This document shows positions 27,512-38,385 of a DNA stretch of 64,000 bases, one piece after another; position 1 is the first letter of the stretch; each line of letters starts with the position of its first letter. A program made the position numbers and the translations under genes. The stretch spans positions 99,785 to 163,784 of the forward strand of contig CAXXSM010000022.1 in assembly GCA_963663405.2 (NCBI GenBank), given 5' to 3'. The notes below the pieces were generated by a model. The model did not search any database, was not told the origin of the DNA, and saw nothing but the letters and a program-made list of their open reading frames with translations. Source of the DNA: a bacterium (GTDB lineage: Bacteria; Hinthialibacterota; Hinthialibacteria; Hinthialibacterales; Hinthialibacteraceae).

Positions 27512-28711
27512 TTATTCTACTGTGGTTTCATCAATGATGTTATTTTTGATAACGCCTCTTGAGCCGCCTAAATCCATCGGATTGAATTTACCTGGGGATG
27601 AGCGGGAGAAGTCGAATATGATGTTAGATTCGATCAAAATTCGTTCGCAATTACCTACGGCTTTAATGGCGCTTTCTGAAAGACCGGTAAAGATATTGCC
27701 CGTGATGGTTATATCGCTCGTGCTTTTCAAAATCACACCCATTGATTCATCATCCCGTTTTCTTCCTGGGCCGATATGAGCGTTGGAGAAATTATTGCCC
27801 GTGACTGTGATGCGTCCGCTGCCCGGTCCGATTTCCAAACCCCGCTTGGCGGCCATCGTGAATGTATTCGCTGAAACGGCGCATCCCCACGCGTCGATCA
27901 GATCCACGCCCCCGCCGGAATTATGTGCGATCACGTTCGCGCTGATTGTATTTCCATAGCAATCCCGGTCCAAGACAATCGCCGTGCCCTGGCATTCTTC
28001 GATCATGTTTCCCGAAAGAACCGATCCATATGTGTTTTCAATCACGACGCCGTTCCTGAGATGATCGTCGAGGTTGTTGCCGTTCATGCAGAGATTGAAA
28101 CTGTCAATGCAGCGCACCGCGTCCAGGTTTTCTTCAAACTGATTGCCGTTTACGACGATGTCATGGCCACGCAGGATATTCAATCCAGCATTGGCGTTGT
28201 ATGTGACGATTGAGTCGGCGATTCGGGGATCTTCATAACAGTCAACTAGGTTAATCCCATGTCCGCCGTTATGATCGATGGAAAGGTTGTGAACAAAAAT
28301 CTCGTCCACGCCCTGCGCGAGGAGTCCATCGCCGCTTTTTGGATTCCCGCTGATCCGGAAATCGGCGAGTTGCATGCGCCATATTCTCGCTCGTGGATCA
28401 TCTGTATACTGTTGATGGCGCAGGATTAGCGCTGGTTCGCCTTCTTCATTCTTGTTAATCAAATGTGTCGCGGCGCCGGCGCCTTCAATTCTTGTATTCT
28501 CCCGCACGCAGATCAACGGCTGCGTCAATTCATAATCTCCTGGAGGAATTCTCACAATCCCACCCGTTTCAGGAACCGCGTCGAACGCGGCTTGGAGACT
28601 CTCGTATTTCGACGCGTCAATCACTGCGCCGGTGTTTTCTTCTGCGAAAACGCTAGTGAAACTAGAGAGCGCGAAAGCGAATATGGCGAATATGGATAGG
28701 ATGTTCTTCAT
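27512..28711 (-). CDS. Secreted right-handed parallel beta-helix protein
   Basis: SLQAAFDAVPETGGIVRIPPG; repeated xxGN/AN beta-helix rungs. Confidence 0.85.
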   Translation of the reverse strand: MKNILSIFAIFAFALSSFTSVFAEENTGAVIDASKYESLQAAFDAVPETGGIVRIPPGDYELTQPLICVRENTRIEGAGAATHLINKNEEGEPALILRHQQYTDDPRARIWRMQLADFRISGNPKSGDGLLAQGVDEIFVHNLSIDHNGGHGINLVDCYEDPRIADSIVTYNANAGLNILRGHDIVVNGNQFEENLDAVRCIDSFNLCMNGNNLDDHLRNGVVIENTYGSVLSGNMIEECQGTAIVLDRDCYGNTISANVIAHNSGGGVDLIDAWGCAVSANTFTMAAKRGLEIGPGSGRITVTGNNFSNAHIGPGRKRDDESMGVILKSTSDITITGNIFTGLSESAIKAVGNCERILIESNIIFDFSRSSPGKFNPMDLGGSRGVIKNNIIDETTVE

Positions 28712-28816
28712 GGTATTGATTCTCCTTTGTTGAAAATTGTATGATTTAATTTATAAAAAGAAGACTCATGACGCCTGTTTGGGACTTAATAGGAAACGCC
28801 GTACGCTATGTATTTT

Positions 28817-29431
28817 TTAATTCAATTTGGCCTTCGCTAATTCTAACATCGTGTCTAAGAGTTTTTTCAAATAGGGACATTTATTGTATGCGATTTCTGG
28901 ATCGAGTTTGAGGAACAGTTCGTTCCCATACGCTGCCTTTTTGTAGTTTTCTTGGATCTTTTGTTTGTATAATCTCTTCAATAATTTTCCAGGTGGTTCA
29001 TTGAAGTTTATTTCCTCTGGCTGACTGATTTTTCCGGGAAATGCTTTTCGTACATTCTCAGGGAAGATGGAAGGATCGCTCAGCAGCCACGCTTCCAATT
29101 CATGCACCGCAAAGAATACATGAAATTCCTTTTTATTAACCTTTTTTTCAAGGTCTTGTTTCGCCCATTCATAACGTTCGACAAGTGTTTTTTTCTCTAC
29201 TGGATAATCAGGCCCATAAAGATCGAGCAATGCGACCACAGCGATCGTGTCTTTATTTTTCAATTGTAACGCGGCTTTTTTGGGCGCTTCTTTTATAAGA
29301 TCGTTACATCCATCAAATTTAACAGGCTTGATCCCGCAGGGATGGTTCAATTTTTTGTCTAACCACCTCTTGAAAAAATGTGGCAGCGCTTTCCGTTCCG
29401 TTTCTCCTTCCACGAAGAGAACGAATTTCAT
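28817..29431 (-). CDS. DUF4276 family (TOPRIM-like) protein
   Basis: FVEGETE, LLDLYG, VHELEAWLL, PEEIN, CP; ATGA overlap with upstream ATPase. Confidence 0.8.
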   Translation of the reverse strand: MKFVLFVEGETERKALPHFFKRWLDKKLNHPCGIKPVKFDGCNDLIKEAPKKAALQLKNKDTIAVVALLDLYGPDYPVEKKTLVERYEWAKQDLEKKVNKKEFHVFFAVHELEAWLLSDPSIFPENVRKAFPGKISQPEEINFNEPPGKLLKRLYKQKIQENYKKAAYGNELFLKLDPEIAYNKCPYLKKLLDTMLELAKAKLN

Positions 29432-30639
29432 ATCATGCCCTCCAGTTCCCCCGACTGGAAGAGTGATCCTAAAGAATATTCCTTCAACCAATCCTTTAAT
29501 TCTTCTCCATCTATCGTTTTCAGAATCGTCTGCCCATCTTCACATAGTGTCACAGTAACGGTAGGTTGTTGTATCTCCTTAAACGCGCTGAGAAAATCTG
29601 GAGAATGAGTGGTGAAAATCACTTGTGTCTTTTTAGAAGCTTCCGCTGCGTATTCGGCGATGACTGGAAACATGGAAGGATGAAGTCCTGTTTCCGGTTC
29701 ATCAATTGCAATCAATGGCGGTGGGGAAGGATTGGATAATGCTGTAATTAGAAACAGATAACGTAAAGTTCCATCAGAGAGATCCGAAGCGGGTATTGTT
29801 CGTTTAAGCGTTTTCCAACGAACTCGCAACTGTATTCGTTGATCGGCGGCGGGTGAAAAAATTAATTCTTCATAATCCTCTCCAAAAGCCCATAACATAG
29901 CAGCATCGATACGTTCCTTGAAATTGCGGTTCATCGAATAAAGAGTGTGGAGGACATTTATAAGATTTTCTCCATTGGAGGAAAGAGTTTTCTCATAGCG
30001 TGTAACAACAGACGGTTGCCGGATTAATGAATTTGTAGATACATCTATATCGTGATAGATAGCCCAATGAGTAAGATCGTCGCGAAAAGTCAAAATTCGG
30101 AAATCAATATTAGAAAAAGGAACAATAATCATTGAAAGTATGGTCTTGTCTTTAGGTGATTCAAATCGCTTGTCTTTTTTTGACATATCGATTATGACGC
30201 TCTGAACACCATCGATTATCCAACTATCAAGACCTTTCCTTTCAATTAGATATTTTGGAACGCGATCATGTTTTTCATCCAACCCGTTATATATTAAATA
30301 TTCAGAGCCAATACAATACTCACTTGTATTTTCAATCCGTTGTATTAAAACTTCATATTCTGTTATTTCTCTCGGATCTTCATCCATATTGGGTATTATT
30401 ATTATTTTATATGAAATTTCATTTGCTATTCCGTCCCAAACAAGCGCTCCAATCCCCCCCGTTCGCTGAATATGGTTTCGTAATTCCACTTGCGCTGAAT
30501 TCACAATCAGCTCAAGAAACCGCAGCAAATTCGATTTCCCCGAACCATTCGGGCCGATGACTACATTTAAATCGCCTGGTTCCCAGAGAACTTCTTTTAG
30601 GGACCGGAATCCTTTAATTTCTAGACTTTGTACTTTCAT
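29428..30639 (-). CDS. ABC-type (AAA_21) ATPase
   Basis: GFRSL, GPNGSGKSN, LSDGT, IDEPETGLHP, TTHSP. Confidence 0.9.
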   Translation of the reverse strand: MKVQSLEIKGFRSLKEVLWEPGDLNVVIGPNGSGKSNLLRFLELIVNSAQVELRNHIQRTGGIGALVWDGIANEISYKIIIIPNMDEDPREITEYEVLIQRIENTSEYCIGSEYLIYNGLDEKHDRVPKYLIERKGLDSWIIDGVQSVIIDMSKKDKRFESPKDKTILSMIIVPFSNIDFRILTFRDDLTHWAIYHDIDVSTNSLIRQPSVVTRYEKTLSSNGENLINVLHTLYSMNRNFKERIDAAMLWAFGEDYEELIFSPAADQRIQLRVRWKTLKRTIPASDLSDGTLRYLFLITALSNPSPPPLIAIDEPETGLHPSMFPVIAEYAAEASKKTQVIFTTHSPDFLSAFKEIQQPTVTVTLCEDGQTILKTIDGEELKDWLKEYSLGSLFQSGELEGMI

Positions 30640-30738
30640 GATTGGACGCCTTCGATTGATTCCTTTTGTGAACGATCTCATAATACAGTACTCAATCCAG
30701 ATTTTACAGGAACATCCATCATAGACTGAGTCAAATCA

Positions 30739-31368
30739 ATGGCGGGTTTTTTTATTACTCTAGAAGGAATTGAAGGGACGGGGAAAACCACGCAGGCGGC
30801 CCGTATCGAAGAGTGGCTTCAAAACCAGGGCCGGCCCTGCCTCCGTACACGGGAACCGGGGGGGACGGCGGCGGGGGAATCGATTCGTGAAATTCTGCTG
30901 AACGCGGATTACACCCTCAGCGTTGAGACGGAACTGCTACTCATTGAAGCGGCCCGGTCTCAATTGATGGATGAAGTCATACTTCCCGAATTGGACGCAG
31001 GGAAAATCATCATACTCGACCGTTTTTATGATTCGACGACCGCTTACCAAGGGTATGGGAGAGGATTGAACCTCGATTTTGTCTCACGTATAAACCGCTT
31101 CGCCTCCCGTCAGTGTGTTCCTGATTTGACCCTTATTTTCGACCTGGACGTAAAAACCGGCTTGGAACGCGCCCGAAAAATCGTTGAACGAGCCAATTTC
31201 AAAGACCGTTTTGAGTCGGAAACGATCGAATTCATGGAACGCGCCCGTAAAGGATTTTTGGAAATCGCCGCATCGGAACCTAATAGAACGCGCGTGATCC
31301 CGGTTGATAGTGATCCAGAAACCATCTGGGAGCAGATCAAGCCGATACTCGAAAAGGAATTGAAATAA
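30739..31368 (+). CDS. tmk: Thymidylate kinase
   Basis: FITLEGIEGTGKTTQ, TREPGGT, DRFYDSTTAYQG, DRFESE. Confidence 0.97.
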   Translation: MAGFFITLEGIEGTGKTTQAARIEEWLQNQGRPCLRTREPGGTAAGESIREILLNADYTLSVETELLLIEAARSQLMDEVILPELDAGKIIILDRFYDSTTAYQGYGRGLNLDFVSRINRFASRQCVPDLTLIFDLDVKTGLERARKIVERANFKDRFESETIEFMERARKGFLEIAASEPNRTRVIPVDSDPETIWEQIKPILEKELK

Positions 31369-31429
31369 GAAAAAGGTAAAGAAAGGGACTGCCATCGGCG
31401 AATGGGGAGGGTCAACGAAAGAGTTTCGT

Positions 31430-31621
31430 TTACGCGATTACGTCAAGATTCTCGCCTAAGCCTTCTAGGGCTGTGGCGTTAGTGTTGGCGGTAATCATCT
31501 GCTGTGCCGATGACATGGCTTGTTGACTCACCAATTCAGCCGCCTGATCAAGGACATCCGTGATCAGTCTTCCCATAGCGGCCTGGGCGCTCAACGCGTT
31601 TGAAAGTGCAGAGATTTCCAT
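31430..31621 (-). CDS. YjfB-like putative motility protein
   Basis: 63 aa, Ala/Gln/Ser-rich, MEISALS start and LGENLDVIA end; sigma-28 promoter upstream. Confidence 0.75.
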   Translation of the reverse strand: MEISALSNALSAQAAMGRLITDVLDQAAELVSQQAMSSAQQMITANTNATALEGLGENLDVIA

Positions 31622-31661
31622 TGTCCTATACCTAAACTAATAGGTTTAACCCTAATCGTTA

Positions 31662-31688
31662 CTATCGGCAGGGACTTAGTAAACTTTA
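31662..31688 (-). promoter_or_regulatory. Sigma-28 (FliA) promoter
   Basis: TAAAGTTT-N11-GCCGATAG versus consensus TAAAGTTT-N11-GCCGATAA. Confidence 0.85.
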
Positions 31689-31897
31689 GTGTTTTTCAAT
31701 ATTTTTTTTTGTCTTTTTTTCTATCACTATGTCTATATCGAATATAGATAATTCATGTATTTCCCTTGATTTTAAGTACTTTTGACCTGAAGCATTTTAT
31801 TTGGTGTAACATAAAAATAATTCGGAAAATTTCATGAATTTGGGTGAATAAGAAGAAATAAAGCCCTTTCACAAATAATCAGAAAATCAAAATCCAC

Positions 31898-33073
31898 CTA
31901 TCCTTCCTTATATTCAATCCCATGTAAAAACGCTTTGGCTCGAATTCCTGGAGTCTTTGGATGTTTCATGGATAGGCGCAGGAAATTTTTTCCGGTTCGC
32001 AGGTTCATCTCAATAGGATAAATTTGAGGTTCAGAGGAATGAATCAATACATTTTTTAATAAATTGTGATTCAGAAAGACCTCCATTTCCGGGATTACCG
32101 TTCCCACCGCTTCCCCCGATAGGTTCAATTGCAATGTACAAACACTATCACGCGCGGCGTAAATATTATAATAAATCACATCGATCAACCGTGGTTCTTT
32201 ACTTGCGGGTGGGAACGCGCTGGAAATCGTTACTGGTTTAAAATTCTGTGGAAAACCTGATCCTATGAGAGATTCATAGTAATAACGGGCGTCGATATCG
32301 TTTTTTTCCTTCTCAAGATACGCTTTCAGGCACGGTTTTGCTTCTTCATCACGCCCTAACGCTTGAAAGGCGCGGCCCCGGATGTAATCCCGCCTTGGAT
32401 TCGCGCATTCGGCGGTTCGCCTAAACTCCTGCCAATAGTCTTCAAAAACCTCCCGGTCATAATATTGGATGTAGAAATACCAGTCATCACACGCCTCATC
32501 AACTCTTCCCAATCGCGCGAGGGAAAATCCGCGTCCATAGAGAGCGTAGAATAGCATGAGGCCTTGCCCATTTTTGATAACGTTGGTGTAGGATTCGATC
32601 GCTTCTTCATACCGTTCGAGGCGTTTTAAAACATCCGCGCGGCGCAGGTGAGGAGTCCAATCGGCGAAATCAGGGATCATTCGAATCGCGGCCGCATAAA
32701 TATCGACGGCCACTTTCATTTCATCGGTCGTGCCATGAATGGAATACGTGTCGGCGATCGCGATCTCGTTTAACACCATTTGGCGTTTGTGCCCTTCCTC
32801 GCCCGTTTTTTCATAGATTTTCCGAAAGAAATCCCGCCCTCTTTTAAACGAAGCGACCGCTTCCTGAATCCGCCCTTTCTCAATCAATTCCAATCCCCGC
32901 TCGTAGGCGATTCCTGGTTGACGCTCTTCGATTTTCAATACAATCTGTGGATTTTCTGAGAGATAGGCGAAGAGAAGCAGCGATCCGGATACACAAAACA
33001 CCCAAATCAAAAGCAGCCACTTATCCCAGCGGGTCAACGGATTCCATAGGCGGCCCAATAACGATTGATTCAT
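31898..33073 (-). CDS. Membrane-anchored TPR protein with C-terminal beta-sandwich (possibly carbohydrate-binding)
   Basis: N-terminal TM helix, TPR-like helices (RYEEAIESY, GRVDEA), beta-rich last ~90 aa. Confidence 0.65.
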   Translation of the reverse strand: MNQSLLGRLWNPLTRWDKWLLLIWVFCVSGSLLLFAYLSENPQIVLKIEERQPGIAYERGLELIEKGRIQEAVASFKRGRDFFRKIYEKTGEEGHKRQMVLNEIAIADTYSIHGTTDEMKVAVDIYAAAIRMIPDFADWTPHLRRADVLKRLERYEEAIESYTNVIKNGQGLMLFYALYGRGFSLARLGRVDEACDDWYFYIQYYDREVFEDYWQEFRRTAECANPRRDYIRGRAFQALGRDEEAKPCLKAYLEKEKNDIDARYYYESLIGSGFPQNFKPVTISSAFPPASKEPRLIDVIYYNIYAARDSVCTLQLNLSGEAVGTVIPEMEVFLNHNLLKNVLIHSSEPQIYPIEMNLRTGKNFLRLSMKHPKTPGIRAKAFLHGIEYKEG

Positions 33074-33106
33074 AACGCAACGTCTTTCCGTGAGCGGTAG
33101 AGTGAA

Positions 33107-34264
33107 TTACATCGGTTGGATGCGGATATCTTTAAACAAAATTGTCGTATTCCGGTGATGCATCTGGAGCGCGATATGGCCCTCCCGGTCGATGGTGTCA
33201 TCCATCTCAGCGACAATTTTTGAATTAACAAGCACTATTGTATGCCGGTCTTTGCAAACAATCTGCATCAGGAACCACTGTCCAGGAACTCCATAAAGCG
33301 CCGGAGCAGGGACTTTGTTGTAGATACTCCCGGTCATGTTTTTGGCGCCTTTCACATTATAGATCTGCGCTTCGTGTCCACGGTCGCCAAGTTTGTTCCA
33401 GCGGAAGAAAATACCGCCATTCGCGTCCTCGCCGATCGTTTTTACATAGGCCCAAAGGTAAAAATTTTTATATTGTTTATCTGTGATTAAATATCCATCG
33501 CCATCATCGGCGACAATCACGCCGTCTTCGACTTTCCATTTCGCATCGCCGATGATATGCCATCCTTCGAAATCTTTGCCGTTGAATAAATCGGTCCAGT
33601 TCTCGTCCGCGTTCCCGCCAAGATCTTTGATGCGGATGTTTCGGAACCAGGCTTTTCCGCCGTGATCCTGCAAACCAATCGGCCCAACACGATTGCGCCA
33701 TTTTAATCGCTCATCGCTTGTTACATCCAAGTCGTGCAAGAGTTTCCCATTCATAGTCACTTTCAGCCGAGGCCAGACGCAGGCGAGTTCCAACTGGTTC
33801 CATTCTCCCGCCGGCCGGATTGCGCTTATTTTGGGGGGATATACATTATAGAGGGCGCCCGCTGTTTCCATGGTTGGTTCCTGGCCGTAGGTGTCTCGGA
33901 TCTGGATTTCTCCACCAATCCGGGAATGACGGCCATGCTTGGCCATATGAAAGAAGAGTCCGCTGTTACATTTTGGCGCGATTTTGAATTCCAGCCGCAG
34001 GATAAAATTCTCGTATTTCTTTTCCGTTTGTAGACATTGTCCGGCTTTTGCCAGGCAAGCGATGTTTCCGTCTTCAACGATGAATCCTTTTGGATTGCCC
34101 ATCGGTTTCCAGCCATCCAGGTTCTTACCATTAAACAAGGGAACAAATCCCGCCTCTTGTTCTTCCACAGAAAGTTCCATTCCAAATACCGTGTCCGTCA
34201 TCACAGACAATAAAACCAGTGATAAACATAGACCAAGCGCCCAACCATGTTGAAATCTAAACAT
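33107..34264 (-). CDS. Secreted tandem DUF1080 (3-keto-disaccharide hydrolase) protein
   Basis: Two copies of LFNGKxxxGW...NSG/NGG...EIQI/EAQI...IGLQDH/IALQMH...FRNIRIK/FKDIRIQ. Confidence 0.9.
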   Translation of the reverse strand: MFRFQHGWALGLCLSLVLLSVMTDTVFGMELSVEEQEAGFVPLFNGKNLDGWKPMGNPKGFIVEDGNIACLAKAGQCLQTEKKYENFILRLEFKIAPKCNSGLFFHMAKHGRHSRIGGEIQIRDTYGQEPTMETAGALYNVYPPKISAIRPAGEWNQLELACVWPRLKVTMNGKLLHDLDVTSDERLKWRNRVGPIGLQDHGGKAWFRNIRIKDLGGNADENWTDLFNGKDFEGWHIIGDAKWKVEDGVIVADDGDGYLITDKQYKNFYLWAYVKTIGEDANGGIFFRWNKLGDRGHEAQIYNVKGAKNMTGSIYNKVPAPALYGVPGQWFLMQIVCKDRHTIVLVNSKIVAEMDDTIDREGHIALQMHHRNTTILFKDIRIQPM

Positions 34265-34401
34265 TGTTACACCTAACCTTCCCTACAGTAAAAGAATTTT
34301 CTTATTATTGTGTGTCTTCCTGGTATAGACGGCAATCCCTAGTGATAATAGACAGATTGATTGGAAACAGAAAGCGGAAAGAAAGGTAAAGGTTTGGTTT
34401 C

Positions 34402-36300
34402 ATGTTGAAGTTCAGAACAATTGCATTGCTCCTCACGCTTGCGGTCTCTATTCCCTGCGCGCAAACGGAGACGATTCCCCGTTTAGAAGCCTATTTTATG
34501 TCGGGTCAAGTCAGGGCTCTGCTCGCGTCGCATGATGATCGGATTAAGGCGCTGCAGGTTTTACAAGAAATCGGGGTGACGAAGGTTTATCTCGAATCCA
34601 TTCGAGATGGGGTTCAGCCAACTGTTGAATTGCTCGAAACGGCTCGAGATTTCTTTCAGGAACATGGGATTGAAGCGTCCGGCGGCGTTACTCTGATTTC
34701 TGGCAACGATTTCAGTACCGCGTCGAATCAACCGGGGCTCTGGCTCAATTATCAAACAGAAAAGACCCGGAAAGATGTAGCGGAACATTTTCGGACCATC
34801 GCCGCTATTTTCGATGAAATCATGGTTGATGATTTTCTCGCGACTGACGATACCAGCGATATATCCCAACAAGCCAAAGGTGATCGGACTTGGTCTCAAT
34901 ACCGCCTGGATCTGATGTCTGATTTCGCGAAACGGTATATGATCGAACCCGCTCGCGCAGTGAATCCGGATGTGAAAATCATTATCAAATATCCTCAGTG
35001 GTATGATCGCTTTCATAAATTCGGTTACGATGTTGTGCGGGAGCCGAAACTCTTCGATCGCGTTTGGGTGGGGACGGAAACGCGCAATCCGGAAACGAAA
35101 CGCTATGGGTATGTGATGCCAACGGAGGGGTATATCAATTTCTCGTGGCTGAAATCCATCGCAGGGGAAAAAATCGGCGGTGGCTGGTATGATTTCGGTG
35201 ACTGTACGAAGGAAACCTATCTCATGCAGGCCTATCAAACCGTCCTCGCGGGAGCGAAGGAACTGGTTCTCTTTGAAGCGGGGAGTTTGATTCAGGGGAA
35301 TCCCTGCAATGAGACCTTTTTGAAACGCCGGGACGCGCTCTTTGCATTAGGCGAAATTCTGAAAGATCGAAAACCAATGGGAATCTGCGCCTACAAACCA
35401 CCTCACAGCAACGGCAGTGATACAAACGGCGCGGGGAACCTATATATATACGACTATCTCGCCACGCTTGGTCTTTCCCCGATTCCCGTAGCAAAAGTTC
35501 CGGACAGCGCCAAGACGATATTCCTTCCCCGCCAGGCCGCTGACGATCCCACGATCAAAAACCTCGTTCATACATGGTTGACCGCTGGGAAAACGCTGTG
35601 GATGACACCGGATTTCCTCTGCGCAGTGAAGGATCAGAAAATCACTGCAGCGGCGGGTTTTGAATATCCACTTGTTTTGACCTCGGAAACAAAAAAAGTG
35701 ATTGGCTATGGTGGACAAGGCATTGATGAAATCTTCACAGTTAGAGGGCCAGACGGAAAAGAGACCAAAGCGGACCAGATCCCCGTGGAATTGCGAGTTT
35801 TACCCACGCCTCTCCATGCAAGTATGAAATGTTATGGAATCACCACTGATGGGAAAATTCCGATTCTTACCATGAACAAACCGGAGGAAGGGGGAACGAT
35901 CTTTACATTGAATCTCCAGACGTATACCCATGAGGAATTCGCCCCGGATAGAGAGCAATTCCTGCCTCCCCGGCCACTTACGATTAAGAACTGGCCATCA
36001 AGTGTCGTTGGTTGGATTCGCCGGGAAATCAAATATCCCTATAACATCCGGATCAACGCGCCGAATAATGTAGGATTTTATTTTTATAATGATAATCTAC
36101 TCGTGCTGGCAAATTTCAATTCCACTCCCGCCGCTTGCACGATCCATCCCTCTTCGATCGACAGCGATAAAGAGATGAAACTGCATCCCCGATTCCCGCA
36201 TGTGGAAAACGTTCATTTTGAGAAAATGGAAACTCCAAAATCTCCTTGCTATTCGCTTTCTCTTCCACCTTGGGAATTGGTGTTGGTTACGTGGGAATAA
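34402..36300 (+). CDS. Secreted hypothetical protein, probable glycoside-hydrolase-like TIM barrel
   Basis: Signal peptide; FDEIMVDDF, IIKYPQWYD, GTETR motifs. Confidence 0.55.
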   Translation: MLKFRTIALLLTLAVSIPCAQTETIPRLEAYFMSGQVRALLASHDDRIKALQVLQEIGVTKVYLESIRDGVQPTVELLETARDFFQEHGIEASGGVTLISGNDFSTASNQPGLWLNYQTEKTRKDVAEHFRTIAAIFDEIMVDDFLATDDTSDISQQAKGDRTWSQYRLDLMSDFAKRYMIEPARAVNPDVKIIIKYPQWYDRFHKFGYDVVREPKLFDRVWVGTETRNPETKRYGYVMPTEGYINFSWLKSIAGEKIGGGWYDFGDCTKETYLMQAYQTVLAGAKELVLFEAGSLIQGNPCNETFLKRRDALFALGEILKDRKPMGICAYKPPHSNGSDTNGAGNLYIYDYLATLGLSPIPVAKVPDSAKTIFLPRQAADDPTIKNLVHTWLTAGKTLWMTPDFLCAVKDQKITAAAGFEYPLVLTSETKKVIGYGGQGIDEIFTVRGPDGKETKADQIPVELRVLPTPLHASMKCYGITTDGKIPILTMNKPEEGGTIFTLNLQTYTHEEFAPDREQFLPPRPLTIKNWPSSVVGWIRREIKYPYNIRINAPNNVGFYFYNDNLLVLANFNSTPAACTIHPSSIDSDKEMKLHPRFPHVENVHFEKMETPKSPCYSLSLPPWELVLVTWE

Positions 36301-36389
36301 AGATAATTCATATCTAGAAATATTTTGGGCTATAGATCCTGCTGACGCTAAATCTTATTCTAACACAGCATTCTCCCCTTTCACCAGTA

Positions 36390-36417
36390 TTGACTTTTCG
36401 TATGGGGTATCTATAAT
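36390..36417 (+). promoter_or_regulatory. Sigma-70 promoter of tRNA-Leu
   Basis: TTGACT-N16-TATAAT just upstream of the tRNA. Confidence 0.75.
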
Positions 36418-36443
36418 TTTTTCTCTACGAACAGAATACGAGC

Positions 36444-36526
<83 letters not shown>

Positions 36527-36557
36527 TTCTTTTTCTCTCCTATAATCATCTCCCCAT

Positions 36558-38238
36558 TTAATCCCGCGCCGTTTTTGCAATATTTTTATAAATCTGCAGC
36601 GCCGTGCGATATTCACCCAAAGCCCCTTCGGGCAAGATACCCTTGTTGCGTTGGATCTGTTCTTCCATCCGCTGGATGAGAAAATTGATCTCGGCTTTTC
36701 GAGGACGCAGCGGTTTTCCAGGGATATCAATGAAAAACGGGGCGGTGTGTGCGAAGCGGATGCGCCCATTCGGACGTTCTTCAAAACAGCGGATCACAAA
36801 CCATTCCGAAGTACCACTCAAATTTAGAAATTCATACAGCTGGCTTGTGTATCCTCCTTTGGAGGTTTCCAGGTTACCGGGTTTGATCGTTTTCACATAC
36901 GGCTCCATTTCTCACGATCTCGATGGTCCTTCAATGGATATGCGCTCTCAATCGAGCCGCCTAGAATCAACCAAACTGGATTGTTCAGAGGATTGGCGCC
37001 TATCATTGTAAACGGAAGTTGAATACGCCGGTAATTCCCCGGACAGCGTAGATCAAAATCATCGGTCCAGTAGTAACAAAACTCCATGCCTTGACGTTCA
37101 AACCTATCTGATCCAGTTCGGTCGATAAGTAAAATCATAGCCGATTCATATACGTGTATACCCGCCCAAATCCAAGCGGAACCGGATGCACACCCGACGC
37201 GGTTCCCGCTGTGGGGCGGAGCCGGAATCCGCAGTTAAGCAATGTGTAGTAATTTTGGAATCCATAATCGATCCAGCCCGCTTCGGTGAATCCTTTTTCG
37301 TCCATTTCGATGTTCATATAATCTGGTGGGGCTTCGCCGAATTCGGAGAAGGCGAATTCCGTGCGCCAGATGTGGTTATTCGCCAGTTCATAGAGATCGA
37401 CATCCATCACCGGGACCAGCATCATCGACCAGGGCCAATTGTGTTTATCTAATTCCAGCAGCGCGCCTTCTTTCCTGGCGCGCGCGGCGATGGGGCCTAC
37501 CGGCGGCGCGCCTTCGGTGAAGACGGATTTATGATTGAGAATGAAGACAGCTCCCAGTGAATGGTTTTTCCCATCTACTGTAAAAATCTCGTACTCTGTA
37601 TTCAGAGGATACATCACGTGAGTATCATCAATCAGAATCTCTTTTGGAGACAAGTTAGCACCCGTTGTTTTATCCCCGGTTCCTGGAGGGGTATACGCTT
37701 TCGTCACCCAATAGTGAAGTGGGAATGACACATTCAGGTCTTCGGCCAATTGCACGGTGGGCAGTTCGTCCATTGTCCGGTGAGTGTGCGTGTCACCGGA
37801 GTACCATCCAAGATCCGCCATGTTGATCCAGCGTTTCAATTGAATGGTAATTTCAACCGGCTGATCTTTCATCTCCACTTCTTGGCTATTCGAGAACCAT
37901 TCCGTCCCCCGTTCCACTGTTATGGTATATCGTCCTGACGGCAGATCGACAGTCCAGGGATGCGCCGAAAGGGATGTGTGCATCTCAACGGATTTTTCGT
38001 TCGCCCAATTCTGCTTTTTGTAATAAATCGCCTTCCCCTTATCGGAAACGGATTGAGGAAAATACCATTGGCCATCTTCCCCTTGAATATACACTCGCGA
38101 AGGAATTAATTTACCATTGTCCGCGTCGACTACGGAGCCTCGAAGAGTTGTTCCACTCTCTTTCCCCCAACCAACTTCCGCAGAAATAAAACATAGAACA
38201 CCTAGACATAGAACGATCAAACGCCGAATCATAATCAT
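36558..38238 (-). pseudogene. CehA/McbA-like PHP metallohydrolase, multiply frameshifted between ~36890 and ~37140
   Basis: WYSGDTHTHR and GTASGVHPVPLGFGRVY in the main ORF; SFVTTGPM, IEIVRNG and RFAHTAP continue in shifted frames. Confidence 0.75.
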
Positions 38239-38385
38239 TCTCCTTATCGAAAGCCGAAGTTATACTGAACGCGGTTATAATCTGAGCTTTTTTTATCCAT
38301 GTTTTTGCTTTCAACAAGCTGGTTTTTTATTTACCGTGAAGCACAGATTATGACCGCGCAGAGTTTATACCAATCATCTAAGCGC

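Noticed and set aside
36250-36300. C-terminal ...PPWELVLVTWE as a W-motif
   Set aside because: Lacks the [VI]-x-[DN]-W pattern and looks like the usual terminal strand of a glycosidase beta-sandwich
36890-37140. Programmed frameshifting or a diversity-generating retroelement target
   Set aside because: Too many frame changes, no slippery heptamer, changes are indels rather than A-specific substitutions, and no reverse transcriptase or template repeat is seen
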